Below are positions 46,114 through 58,696 of a DNA stretch of 60,000 nucleotides, one piece after another. The notes under the pieces are model-generated. The model worked only from the letters and a program-made list of their open reading frames with translations. It was not told the DNA's origin and ran no database searches. The position numbers were made by a program, and so were the translations under genes. Numbering within the stretch: position 1 is the stretch's first letter; each line of letters opens with the position of its first letter. Origin of the DNA: Squalus acanthias (lineage: Eukaryota); NCBI GenBank assembly GCA_030390025.1, contig CM059433.1:8992001-9052000 (forward strand), read 5' to 3'.

Positions 46114-47174
46114 CTAGAAAAAGATTAAACAAATGGAGTGCAATTACTTGTTTTCTTGATCCGATATATGTTCAATTATTAGGGGAATCCTGTTGTAGTA
46201 AAAATTTAGTTTAATGGAACAATTTCACTTTACCTTATCAAACAGGATAATAAAGGCATATACGAAACAGTGCTGTTAGTAACGTGTTTGGATTTTTGTC
46301 ATATATAAAACTTACTTTTGTCCTGCATATTCAAAAAATCCCCTTTAAATATACAGTACAGGAAAAAAAAATCACAATTCGTTTACATTTCTTCATAGAG
46401 TTGCAAAAATATAATAATGCCATGAACAGATGAACAATCCCTTTAAAGTGCTCCTTACCTCAGGTCTCGTTTTTGTTTCCAAGAATGTTACATAAAATAC
46501 ACACACATATATCACAAATCCAATACCTATGCTTTACTATTGTAGCTTACAATCTCATGCAAAAGCACACTTAGAATTATTTTGTTCATTAATTGTTCAT
46601 TAAAAAAAAAGAGCCTGTTCATTTTGGCTTGCACGTGAAAACTAGCATGGTACCAGAGGGTGACGGGCACCCACAGAGTTTTCCGCTAACAAGGAGTCAA
46701 CACCTTCAGGAGAGATTGACTGTGGTCAGTGATGCTGGTTCCAAGTAGAATATCTAGCGTAAGACCCAAAAACATGACCGGAGCGAAGGGCAGCAATGGG
46801 CTGTGGGAAAGTAGGGTTCGCAAGGCAGTGGAGCGAAACGGCAGCAAGGCAGACGGCATTTCTTGAGCAGAGGAGATGGGAAGCGGAACGAGAAGCAAAG
46901 TAACTGAAAAAAATCAAAAATTGGCTTGTGGGACAGCTTCTCAAGCAGCGGAGATGTTAGAAGAAATGTTAGTGCCTAAAGTGTTTCAATGTTCAGCTGG
47001 TGGTGTCAGTTCTGATGATTAAGGAGGGAGTTGGACTCAGTGAGAATAGGCAAATCTGAAGTCACTGTTTAAAAATAAAAAAACTGCAAAAAAACCTTTT
47101 AAATGAAGTGTTTTAAAGTGTGACAAAGTGACCTGACACCCAGGTGTGACCGTGTTGTTACACAAAATTGTGAC

Positions 47175-48290
47175 AACAACAACTTGCATTTATACAGCAC
47201 CTTTAACGTAGTAAAACGCCCCAAGGAACTTCACAGGAGCGATTATCAAACAAAATTTGACACCGAGTCACATAAGAAGATATTGGGGCAGAAGCTTGAT
47301 CAAAGAGGTAGGCTTTAAGGAGCATCTTAAAGGAGAAAGAGAGGTAGAGATGCAGAGGGGTTTAGGAAGGAATTCCAGAGCTTAGGTCCCTTGGCAGCTG
47401 AAGGAACGGCGGCCAAAGTCTTGTTGGGCTGGAGGAGGTTACAGAGATAGGGAGGGGCGAGGCCATGGAGGGATTTGAAAACAAGGATGAGAATTTAAAA
47501 AAAAAGGTGTTGCTCAACCGGGAGCCAATGTAGGTCAGCGAGCACAGGGGTGATGGGTGAACGGGACTTGGTGCGAGTTAGGATACGGACAGCAGAGATT
47601 TGGATGAGCTTAATTTTATGGAGGGTGGAAGATGGTAGTCCGACCACGAGTACATTGGAATAGTCGTCGACAGGTAACAAAGGCATGGATGAGGATTTCA
47701 GCAGCAGATGAGCGGAGGCAGGGGCGGAGTCGGGCGATGTTACAGAGGTGGAAGTAGGTGGTCTTAGTGATGGCGCGGATGTGTGGCCGGAAGCGCATCT
47801 CGGGGTCAAATACGACACCAAGGTTGCGAACAATGTGGTTCAGTCTCAGACAGTTGTCAGGGAGAGGGATGGAGTCGGTGGCTAGGGAACGGAGTTTGTG
47901 GCGGGGACTGAAGACAATGGCTTCGGTCTTCCCAATATTTAGTTGGAGGAAATTTCTGCTCATCCAATACTGGATGTCGGACAAGCAGTCTGACAATTTA
48001 GAGACAGTGGAGGGGGTGAAGAGAGGTGATTGCGAGGTAAGAGCTGGGTGTCGTAGGCGTACTCGCGGAACCTGACGTGTTTGCGGACGATGTCGCCCGG
48101 GGCAGCATGTAGATGAGAAATAAGAGAGAGGGCCAAGATTAGATCCTGGGGGGACTCCAGAGGTATCGGTGCAGGAGGGGGAAAGAGAAGCCATTGCAGG
48201 TGATTCGCTGGCTACGACTGGATAGATAAGAATGGAACTGGGCGAGTGCAGTCCCACCCAGCTGGACGACGGAGGAGGGGCATTGGAGGA
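47175..48290 (-). mobile_element. L2 LINE 3' fragment
   Basis: WMSRNFLQLNIGKTEAIVF, VRNLGVVFD, AEILIHAFVT and ITPVLADLHWLPV, plus an L2 tail shared with the SINE. Confidence 0.88.
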
Positions 48291-48612
48291 CAAAATTGTT
48301 ACACAGGAAATAAGGTGGGAAAATGGATAGGAAGTGTGCACTATATGTAAAACTTTTAACATATGATAAATATCCAATACATAGATGTAAAATTGCATTT
48401 AAATGTAGGGTCATTACTGTAATACGGCTATTCCAGATAGTTGAGTTGCTTTATCACTACAATAAATATTTTTACAGCCATACTTTGTGAGCTAAAAACA
48501 AGCAAAACTTGTCAAATCAAGGAGACAGGGGTTTCCCTGAACCTGCTGACTGTCTCAGGGTTAATTGTTCAATTAATCCTGGCTTCAACATAGCATGGTA
48601 GGTTACTTGGTA

Positions 48613-49084
48613 GTGTCAGCTGTGGCTCAGTGGGTAGCACACTCGCCTCTGAGTCAGAAGGTTGTGGGTTCAAGTCCCACTCCAGGCACTTGAGCACATA
48701 AAGCTAGGCTGACACTCCCAGTACAGTACTGAGGGAGTGCCGCACTGTCGGAGGTGCCGTCTTTCGGACGAGACATTAAGCCGAGGCCCCGTCTGCTCTC
48801 TCAGGTGGATGCAAAAGATTCCATGGCACTATTTCGAAGAAGAGCAGGGGGAGTTATCCCCGGTGTCCTGGCCAATATTTATCCCTCAACCAACATGACA
48901 AAAACAGATTAACTGGTCATTATCACATTGCTGTTTGTGGGAGCTTGCTGTGCGCAAATTGGCTGCTGCGTTTCCCACATTACAACAGTGACTCCACTTC
49001 AAAAAGTACATCATTGGCTGTAAACTGCTCTGAGACGTCCGGTGGTCGTGAAAGGCACTATAGAAATGTAAGTCTTTCTTTCTT
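48613..49084 (+). mobile_element. DeuSINE (SacSINE1-like), full length
   Basis: A box TGGCTCAGTGG, B box GGTTCAAGTCC, Deu core and tail. Confidence 0.85.
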
Positions 49085-49448
49085 CCTTTTTCTTTTACCC
49101 TTGAACTGCATTGCGAGACAGTTGAACTGAGGTTGATGTCGTTGTACATTTACTGTTATTGCAATTGTCGGATCTGATTTACTGCACAGCATTTCAAGGC
49201 CAGCAGAACTGTGGTCCAGTTGCTCATTTCAGAAGTTTGTAGAAAGTGTCATCCTAGAAGTATTTGCAGAGGGAAGTCAACGATATTTGTGTATCTACAT
49301 AAGCACAGCTAATTTTCCATTTCTTCCAAGCTTTTCAGCATATTAATTCACTTATGAACTTTAACTGCAAATTCAAAACTATTCAAAGCAATCAACCTAA
49401 ACTATTTGCCCAGTATTGATAAAAGAAAGAAGCAAATGCTCATCCTAC

Positions 49449-49547
49449 CATGTTTCTAAAAAGTTGCCAGTCACCAAAATTCATGTTTAATTCTTTCTTC
49501 AGTTCATCCAGATTGCACTGAACTAATACCCTTCCATTAATATTTGC
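49449..49547 (-). CDS. KIDINS220: KIDINS220 coding exon (SAM-like domain, second half)
   Basis: [41 protein letters not shown]; 99 nt. Confidence 0.93.
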
Positions 49548-49964
49548 CTGGAACAAAAAAGAGAACATTGCAATTTAAAATACTGGATGTTACTAGCGCC
49601 AAAAATTCACTTCATTTAAAAATAGGCGTGGACAGCCGTTGATGTCTCCTTGGATACTGTTATACGATACTTCTTGGGTCAACTGACCAGAAGACATGCT
49701 TATGAAAGGGACCTCCTGAACAGTTGTTCTTTACTTCTCAAGATGACACAAGCAAGACAACAGAAACTCGTATTTCAGATGGAAGTCGAGCGAATTTCAG
49801 TGAAGATTCTAACTTCCATGTAAAATTTATCTTTCTACGTAACAGCTACTAGACAACCCATTTATCACTTCGAAATAAGGGAGCACCCTCCTTTAACTCA
49901 AATAAATTTGAAATCCCCTTGTATCTGCTTTACAACTATAAATTAGATAACAAAAGGGGAAACA

Positions 49965-50080
49965 TTTGTAGGGCTATGCGGAAAGGCAGAGGGGTGGGAC
50001 TAATTGGATAGCTCTTTCAAAGAGCCAGTACAGGCGTGATGGGCCGAATGGCCTCCTTCTGTTCCGTATCATTCTATGAA
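49965..50080 (+). mobile_element. CR1 3' tail fragment
   Basis: GATGGGCCGAATGGCCTCCTTCTGT...ATTCTATG, as in the other CR1 tails in the window. Confidence 0.7.
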
Positions 50081-50409
50081 AAGAAAACCAGAAGTACTTC
50101 AGTAACATTTACAATAACCCCATTTAAGATTAATTTAAAGACCAAATCTCAAATTATTTTTTTGAACAAGGTACAAGCATTTCCTTCTGTTTAAGATAAA
50201 CATATGCATAAAGCCAGTGGTTAAAGATCAAGTTAATTGCAATCTTTTCACATCACTAAGTTAATCAACACGTACATGGGTAGGGGCAACACCACACCTG
50301 TACATCATGCAGAGCTGAACGCTCAAGTGGCAGAAGAGCCTGTGTGTTAAGTTTTTGAAGGTCCATGATCAGTGCCATGATGTTTTATATGATGTTTTGT
50401 ATTACATCT

Positions 50410-50870
50410 TGCTGGCAATACAAGAAATATTATTCAGCCTCTGTACATGGCCTTGGTTAGGCCTCATCTAGAATACTGTGAACAGTTTTGGTCATCTCCC
50501 ATGGTCATCCCAGAGGTCCTAGAAAAGGTTCAGAGGAGGGCCACTGGATTGATTGCTAGTTTAGAGGCCCTCAGGTACCACGATAGGCTTAAAGAGCTGG
50601 GTCTTTTTAACTCTAGAAAAGCTCAGGCCTTAAGCAGATTACATTGAGATCTTTAAAATAATGAAAGGATTAGATTCTGTCCACATGGATAGGCTAGTCA
50701 AGCAAAAATAGGTTAGAGAGAACCAGGGAGACGAGTTTAAGATATGTAAGCATTGAACTAATTTAGATGTCAGGAGGCACTTCTTTTTGCAGAGAATCAT
50801 TGAGCTATGGAACAAGTTGCTGGCACGTGTAGTGAGTGCAGATTCGCTGTAGGCATCTGAAAGGGTGCTG
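50410..50870 (+). mobile_element. Older CR1 ORF2 3' fragment
   Basis: ALVRPHLEYCEQFWS and LEKVQRRAT motifs. Confidence 0.75.
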
Positions 50871-52644
50871 ACTGTGGCCAATGTGACTACATATAGAAGG
50901 CAGGTGGGTACTGGGGGACATGTCTCCCAGTCAATGTGGTCTCCTGGAACTTGTTTGACCACCTTCAGAGATCAGACGGGAATCTTTTTCCTAAAATGGC
51001 CTAAGGTTTTTTTTTTAAAACACTGTTTTTGTGCCTCTCTCGTGAGATGACATGGCTGATGGATGGGAGTCATGGCATGGAGAAGTTACATCACAAGAGG
51101 CTCAACAGACCAGTTGGTCTTTTCCGGTCCTTCATTTTCATACGTTCATTAACCCGTGAAGGGATTCCACATGATTGCAAACATGAACACAACAATTTCA
51201 TTGAAAGGGTGCAAAACCAACTTTTCCAAGTGATAGAATTATTTTCAAGATTAGTGAATTTCCCATGGCATTGCTCACAGTAAACCCGATGAGGTCTTTT
51301 TAGAATGATGGGGCCGTTATACCATGTAATGTACAATGTAGTGATGGAGCGGTGCCCATTAGGCAACAAAATGTTAAGTAAACATGAACTAAGGTTAGAG
51401 CTTAATTGTTGTTGGGGATGTTTCCAGAATGGAATGCATTGGTCAGTTCAAGCTGTGGTCAGAAGCACCCGCATTTGAGATTGTCAAACTTTGTTGAAGA
51501 TGCAACATAAGATTAAAAGGCACACGCAGTATATAATTCTAACATACAAATTTGTAATATTCAGTAGTTGAAAGATTCTCTGCTTTCCTGTATCTAACAT
51601 AAAGATCACAACTTGCTTGAGATCAGTATTTGGATCCAAGGAAGAAGGATGTGCTATATTATACCTTGGAGATTCTGTAATTTTCCACCAAATAACAGGA
51701 ACATTAAAGAGTATGAGGAGCGAGCAGGAGAGTATTATTAAATTAGGTGGCTCATGTGGGGAGAAAAACACTGGCACAGATCCAATGGGCCTAATAGTCT
51801 AATTCGGTGTTGTTAGGATTTCAAGCCGATCTTGCATAGCAAAGGATTATGGCCAAAACCTATTCTGCACAGTTCACCCTCAATATAACCCAATCTCAGT
51901 TACCACTGCAGCCGACTTCACACAAATTGTTGTTTAGGTTATACATCACTGTACCGGGAATTAAGTGAACTTAAAAAAAAAAGTGTTATAGCATGAGCAA
52001 CCATTCAGAGAACTGGAGGGATCGTATGAATACTACTGTGAAAGAAGAGAATAAAAGAAACAACTTCAAATGAAGGAGAAAGCCGTGGCAGACCCGAACC
52101 TGCAGTAATAGCCAGGAAATCGAGAAAATAAACAGAAGCACAGCAGAAGTTTCAAAAATGTTAATAGTATTAAAATTTGCAAATAAAAGGTGGCAGAATT
52201 GTGAAGGATAAAGAAACAGCAACAAAGGCACAAAAGTGACTAAACATGAAGCATTAATGGTGATTAGGTATATTTGTATACTGCTGTATATACCATTTGG
52301 GTAAACTTCAAAACTGTTAAGATTTCTGACCAATTCTTGTATTTGCACAGGTAAATCTGTGGCCTCTGCAGACGGTAGAAGGATGCCTGCAGGAACCTTT
52401 CTTTCATTAAATAAAAGGTAATTTAAAAAATATATATTTATTTTTCCTAGCATGGCACAATAATGGCCAAGTATGGTTCCCTTCTTCAGTAACTTGATGT
52501 GCAGAAGAGAGATTGCGAATCTGCTCAGTGCTATCACAATATCCCGTTACCTGGTGCACTAAAATGATCCAGAAATAATTTCCTCTCCCTCCAATGCCTC
52601 TGTTCTCTGTCTATATATGCTGTGCCCATTTGTATTTCTTCACT

Positions 52645-52681
52645 TCACCTGACGAAGGAGCAGCGCTCCGAAAGCTTGTGA
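52645..52681 (+). ncRNA. Minimal type I hammerhead ribozyme in a solo Penelope 3'-end fragment (~52600-52735)
   Basis: UCAC-CUGACGA-A-GGAGC(AGC)GCUCC-GAA-AGCU-U-GUGA, then AATAAA and CTGTTGGACTATAACCTGGTGTTG. Confidence 0.85.
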
Positions 52682-52859
52682 TTTCAAATAAAGCTGTTGG
52701 ACTATAACCTGGTGTTGTGCGACTTCTCACATTTCTCCCTTCTTGACAGCAGTTACACAAGCACCAGTAACCTTGCAGTACATTGCCTAGAAAGCCATCC
52801 CCCACACCAGTCATTGTTGTCAGGCTATTCACCCATTGCAGCAGCGCAGTCAAATTCAA

Positions 52860-53240
52860 CAGACATCCACAAGTGCACTCATTCCAGTGAGGTTTGTTGT
52901 TTTTTTTAAATCTTCACACTCTTCCCTTGGAGGATAATGTGAAGTAGTGGAAGGATATGCAGACTGATCAACATGCCATAACATGAACACTCCTTCCACG
53001 GTTATAACCATCTTTATACCAGTCGATAGCACGATTAGTCCTATCCGGCAGGAGATTAATGGGCTCCCACATCCCAAATGATGTGGAGGGGCCACCCACA
53101 CCCACCCAATGAGAGTATCCCGCTGGATGTCAACCCAGAAATCAAAGCCGGAGCGGTGCTCCCCATTCGCCGGGACGGTCTGCAGCGGGTTCGAACCCTG
53201 CATTTTCGGACTCAGTGGTGGGAATGCTGCCAGTAAGCCA
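52860..53240 (-). mobile_element. tRNA-derived SINE (unassigned family)
   Basis: Minus-strand A box TGGCTTACTGG and B box GGTTCGAACCC near 53187-53240. The 3' boundary is uncertain. Confidence 0.5.
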
Positions 53241-53299
53241 AAGGCTCGCTCCCCGGTGATGGTAACTCAGCAATAATTAGGCATTGTAATAGTTCCTAC

Positions 53300-53437
53300 C
53301 TTTTTGACAGTGGAAACGTACTGAAGCATCATGGTTTGGTCAATTCCTTCCAAGCGTTTTAGTCTTTCACAAATAGCATCCACATTCATTGAACTGAGTG
53401 GAACAGTAGTACAAGCTGCTGCAATGGAATTGGCCAC
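53300..53437 (-). CDS. KIDINS220: KIDINS220 coding exon (SAM-like domain, first half)
   Basis: TAG|VANSIAAACTTVPLSSMNVDAICERLKRLEGIDQTMMLQYVSTVKK|GTAGG; 138 nt, phase 0. Confidence 0.9.
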
Positions 53438-53979
53438 CTATCGGACAAGAAAACATTAAGCTATGTAATTTACTAGCAGATAACTATGTTGAGAATACTC
53501 AAGATTATCTGGAAGAAACAAAACTAGAATCTTTAATAGGTTTACACACTGTAGTCATTATTAATTAGGTTATACTGCCTTAACCTTAAAATACATTTAT
53601 ATATGTGAAGAGATCTGACATGAACACAAGTCATCAAAAGGTGAAGACCACACGATGGCACAGACTGAACATGGACAAGCATGCTTAGCGTTTTGATGTT
53701 ACAAGCAGTCACGTTGCAAAAGAGCCAAACAACTCATTAGGCAAGTCTGTATTACAGCAAGAAAATACTGAATTGCATTAACCATTTTAATTCAAATTTC
53801 TTAGCTAAACAGTTTTCATTAAACTGTACAATTGCAATGCTAATGCTTGAGCCATATCTGTTAAAAAGGACACAAAATTAAAATGCATAAATAGCATTGA
53901 AAACAAAACAGGTTTCACTAGTCATGGTCAGTGAATGAGCTGTTTGAGGGATGGTAGATTGAGAGCATTAAAATCAAAT

Positions 53980-54350
53980 GGGAGAGTCTATAGTGCAATG
54001 GATTCGCACCTTGTCCTTCCACCTCTGGTATCTGGATTCAAATCCAGCCTAGACTGATGGGCTGAAAGTTTCCTCTCTGAGGATCCTACAGTTCTCACAG
54101 TTCTAATGGAGTTTTAACAGTCTCGAGAGAGCTCCCAATGGGCATAGGTACACAACAGTAAACCGCCCCTGGTTTAGTTTTAACAGGTAATCTCAATCAA
54201 AGACCTCAAGAATAGCTGGAGTTGGAAATCAGGAAACTTCATACTGGTGCACGAGAAGATGCTCTTCTGAGGTTTGGACAAAGTGGAAGGAATTTTAATG
54301 TCCAAATGACTCTTCTATATCTGACCTGAGAGTTCTCAATGCTGACATTA
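53980..54350 (+). mobile_element. Ancient LF-SINE-like element
   Basis: CCTTCCACCTCTGG...GATTCAAATCCAGCCTAG head; internal blocks shared with 30500-30775. Confidence 0.5.
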
Positions 54351-54470
54351 GTTGCCTGAAATGGAAAGGTATTCCATTTCTCAGTGCCGACATCCCTTGT
54401 CTTAATGAGCAAAAAAATAGTAAAAGTACATATTGGTCAATGTGAAAGCTACTACCCACAGGTAATAGTA

Positions 54471-54775
54471 CAGGTTGAGCCTCCAAAATCCGGAGTTCCG
54501 GAACGATTGGTGGCAGGGTCGTCCGGAATCCGTAAAATGTTCCGGAATCCGGACACCCTGAGGGAGGCTTACCAAAAACCGGAAATATCGCAACCTGGGC
54601 CCAGGCATTTCCGGACTCGGAACGTGTTTCTGATGTCCGAAGTCCGGAAATATCGCAACCTGGGCTCGGGCGTTTCCGGACTTCGGTCATCAGAAACACG
54701 TTCCGAAGTCCGGAAAAACACGAAAACCGGCTCGGCCTCGGTCCCGAGGTTGCCGGATTCAGGACGCTCAACCTG
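54471..54775. mobile_element. Tc1/mariner (pogo/Tigger-like) MITE
   Basis: TIRs CAGGTTGAGC.TCC..AATCCGG, TA target-site duplications at 54469-54470 and 54776-54777, internal palindrome. Confidence 0.85.
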
Positions 54776-57289
54776 TATTTGAAGAATGGCAACCGAAAGC
54801 AGAATTATCATGACCATTTTTCACCTAAGTAACAAAAGACTAAATGCTTATTGAACAGATCTTAGAGTAATATGATGCTTACATAATTTTATTATTACAG
54901 TTTAGTGTTATACGTCAAAGCTTTTTGCTACTACACTTACCTGTATCATCCATTTAGATGTCCAGCAATATTTGAAAGAACACTACACAGCTCTAACAAT
55001 CATCGGAGCCAGACATTCAGAAAATGTCCATTTTGCAATATATATGCACATCACACTCTCATACAGAAAATGATGTACTTTATGGTTATCAAGCTCCAAG
55101 CCCACAAGCAAAAAAAAAACTTCAATACTAGCCAAACTCATTTTAACAGGTCATGCCCAAGCATATACACCACAGTTACATGGTAGTAAACAAACTATTT
55201 TTTCTAGAGAGTATGCACCCTCCAATATCCCGCCTCCCAACCTTTTTTTTCCCCAGCCATGCACGTCTGCAGCCAACAAAATGAGTGGCTTGCTCTCAGA
55301 CCTCCATCTATATTGTTTAGGCTACCAAAAGAAATGTAATAAGGGCCTCCAATCAATTCTTTTTCCAATTTCCCGCAATCCTCCGAAAAAAAAAATCAAT
55401 CACCCTGCCTTGACTCAGCACCTCCAACCAACAGTGTGACTGCGAGAATGGTTCAAAGTAGGAGACGGAGCCCGCAACCACCACATTGTGTGATGTCTTA
55501 ATTTTTTTTAATGCAATGACTAATATCAACAAAGATCAATATTAATCCTTTGTCAATGTTTTTTTTTTTTAAAACCATTACAGATGATAGTACAATAATT
55601 ATATTTTAGCAAGATTTTTTTTTTTTTTTTTTTAAACTGCACCTTGTTAAAATGTTTAATACAATAGAAATACTGGTTTACATTCCCATAATAAAGGTTT
55701 GCCAATAATTGACAGTAAATATTTTACCCTCCTGAATTAAAAAAAAACTAGTATGTTACTAGCATAATGAAGCACTCTTTCTTTTATCACATAACAACGT
55801 GCAAAGGGCTTGTTAATCTGATCAGCAAGCAGTTTTGCGGTTCGTAAGGCAGCGCAGCACAAACTGTTAAGAATCCAATAGCAAACACTGCTGCTGCATA
55901 AATTATTTCACTCCAGGAGCAGACAGGGTTATTTGTGTACCTGCTTTAATTTAAGCTGCATAGGAGAAAAAAAAAGAGAAATACAGACATAAAATTTGTC
56001 AAAAAGACACAATAGAAAGGAGATTCAGAGGAAGCAATTTAAAAACTTAGATAATTAGAATGCTTCTCAGTAAACCAATTCCATTTTAACCCGTTCAAAG
56101 TGGAAGTCTCCACTTAACTGGCATCTCATTCCATAATGGCTGGTGGCACACTGCTTGCTGTTCCACAAAAGCACAAGTTCAGAAGCGCACAGTTTAGGAA
56201 ATCCGTCATATATTAATTTTTATTGTTAAAGATCATCTTTAAAACACACCAAACTCCTCTGTTTCATCGCTAAAAAGAACTAGTTATTTAAGAAGTGCCT
56301 GTGTTTCCAAAAAATTACAAAAAAGATATTCTCAAAACAGTTCATGCCATTAGTAAGAGAAAGGAAAGTCACCTTAACACTTAAGTTTTCTAATGTAGAT
56401 AAAAGAACAATTGCCAAGGATTCATTAAGAACAAAAATGCCAAAGATTAATTATTGAAGTAGTTGACAGTGCATTAAATATAAGTTTGGAACCTAGAGTT
56501 TTTCTTCAATAAACATAAAATACATTCAGCAACACTTCTAAACTTGGATACATAATTGTAGTTTGTCATTTTGTAGATTTGGAAATTATTTAAAACAGAT
56601 CTTTTAGAATAATTACATGTTATAATTACTGACAGCCAAACAGCATATAACCATTAGATTACTGCATGCTATTTGCAGGCTCCAAAATCAGTATAATTCT
56701 TACATATAGCCTATTTAATTTATTATTCATGAAATTTGGATTGAAATTATGTCATTAACCAGTAGAACATGTTTCTACAAAATTTACAGAAGGATAATCT
56801 TTTTTAAACATTGTAAGATGCTCGTTACACAGTACAAAAATGTTGCTGCAATCACTAAAGGATTTAAAGCAGAACCATAAAATAACAAATTGCATCTAAA
56901 AATCAAAGACTACTCATTAAAAAAGTTTACTCAAGTAAATATGGTTTATGGCTTAACATGGAAATGGTGTACAAGATAGACCTTTAATAATGCAGCTTAA
57001 GGAAAAAGAGCCTTTGCAAAGCTGCCAACTCTGCACCTGGCAATTGGAATAGCAGCGGAGGCCATGTTGCCAAGTATCTATGCAATTATAATTGCTTTAA
57101 ACCCAGTCAGCATGTGGAATATTCCACCATGGAGTCAAAACTGAAACTCAACCATTTCTTACGAGAAGGAATATGGAACGAGCAAAAAGAAATTTGAGCA
57201 AATGAAATGAATGTAAAATGCTAATAAATTAAAGTAAAAATTAAAACTTGAGCAGAGAGATGACTTACAGAATTATATATAACAAAGGA

Positions 57290-57993
57290 CATAAAGAGGA
57301 GCAGCAGTAGCCCATAAGGCCCATCGAGCCTGCTCCGCCATTCAATAAGATCATGGCTGAACTTCTACATCAACTCCACTTTCCCACCCTGTCCCCCATT
57401 TCCCTTAGTGCCTAAAAATGTATCGATCTCAGTCTTGAATATACTCATCGACTGAGGACCCACAGCCCTCTGGGGTAGAAAATTCCAAAGATTCACAACC
57501 CTCTGAGTGAAGAAATTTCTCCTCATCTCAGTCCTAAATGGCCGACCCCTTATCCTGAGACTACGCTCCCTAGTTCTAGACTCTCCAGCCAGGGGAAACA
57601 GACAGTCAGCATCTACCCTGTCGAGCCCTGTAAGAATTTTATACGTTTCAATGAGATCACCTCTCATTCTTCTAAACTCCAGAGAATATAGGCCCAGTCT
57701 ACTCAATCTCTCCTCATAGGACAGCCCTCTCATCCAGGAATCAATCTAGTGAACCTTCATTGCACCCAATCTAAGGCAAGTATATCCTTGCTTAGGTAAG
57801 GAGACCAAAACTGTACACAGTACTCCAGGCGTGGTCTCATCAAAGCCCTATATAATTGCAGTAAGACTTTCTTACTCTTATACTCTGACCCCCTTGTAAT
57901 AAAGGCCAACATACCATTTGCCTTCCTATTTGCTTGCTGTACCTGCATGTTAACTTTCTGTGATTCGTGTACAAGGACCCCCAAACCCCTCTG
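57290..57993 (-). mobile_element. CR1 LINE 3' fragment
   Basis: KANGMLAFI, LEYCVQFWSP, LSYEERLSRLGLYSLEFRRMRGDLIE and FFTQRVVNLWN. Confidence 0.9.
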
Positions 57994-58696
57994 ACGTGCC
58001 AATATATTTCAATATGTTTAAATAGGCAGTTTTAATGTCCTTTGTGTTTATGTAATTTTATCTACAAATTTTCTCCTCAGTCAGACTTTCCCAAAGCCAG
58101 CAACTCATACCAGGGTACAATTCCACAGGAGATGGCGGCCCTTTGGTAGCATTGTCACGTGACTGCTCTTATTGTGTGAGCCCAGATTGTGATTGCGGAT
58201 TGATCGTAACAGTTGATCCTGACCTTACCTAAATGTTCACATATGTTCTAGCATGGGCAATTGGACAGACATTAGAAGTGGAAACTAGGAATTATTTTTT
58301 CAAACCCTAGCCCAGCGTCACTGTGATCAATCATAGTACCACCATTGCCGTCCCAGCGGAGATCATTTAATTCACTACAGATCAGGTTATTAAACCTGGG
58401 GTTTTACCCAGTCTGTATGACACAGTGCTACACCCTTCAATGCATGTTTACTCACTGAGGCACTGGGGAACTTGTGCCTGTAGCATTACTACTTTTTATA
58501 TAATTTGGTCTGCTGTTGCCCCCAAAGGGAGTGCAATGCAACACTTTGGATATTTTGCCCAGACTGGCAAAGTCTAATGAATTAAACAATGAATCGGTTT
58601 AGGAAACCTTAAATCTGGCCTATAAAAATACCACTAATTGCCAGAACTTACTAAATTAGACAACATGTTGGACATGCTGCCTGACTGAAATACCAT

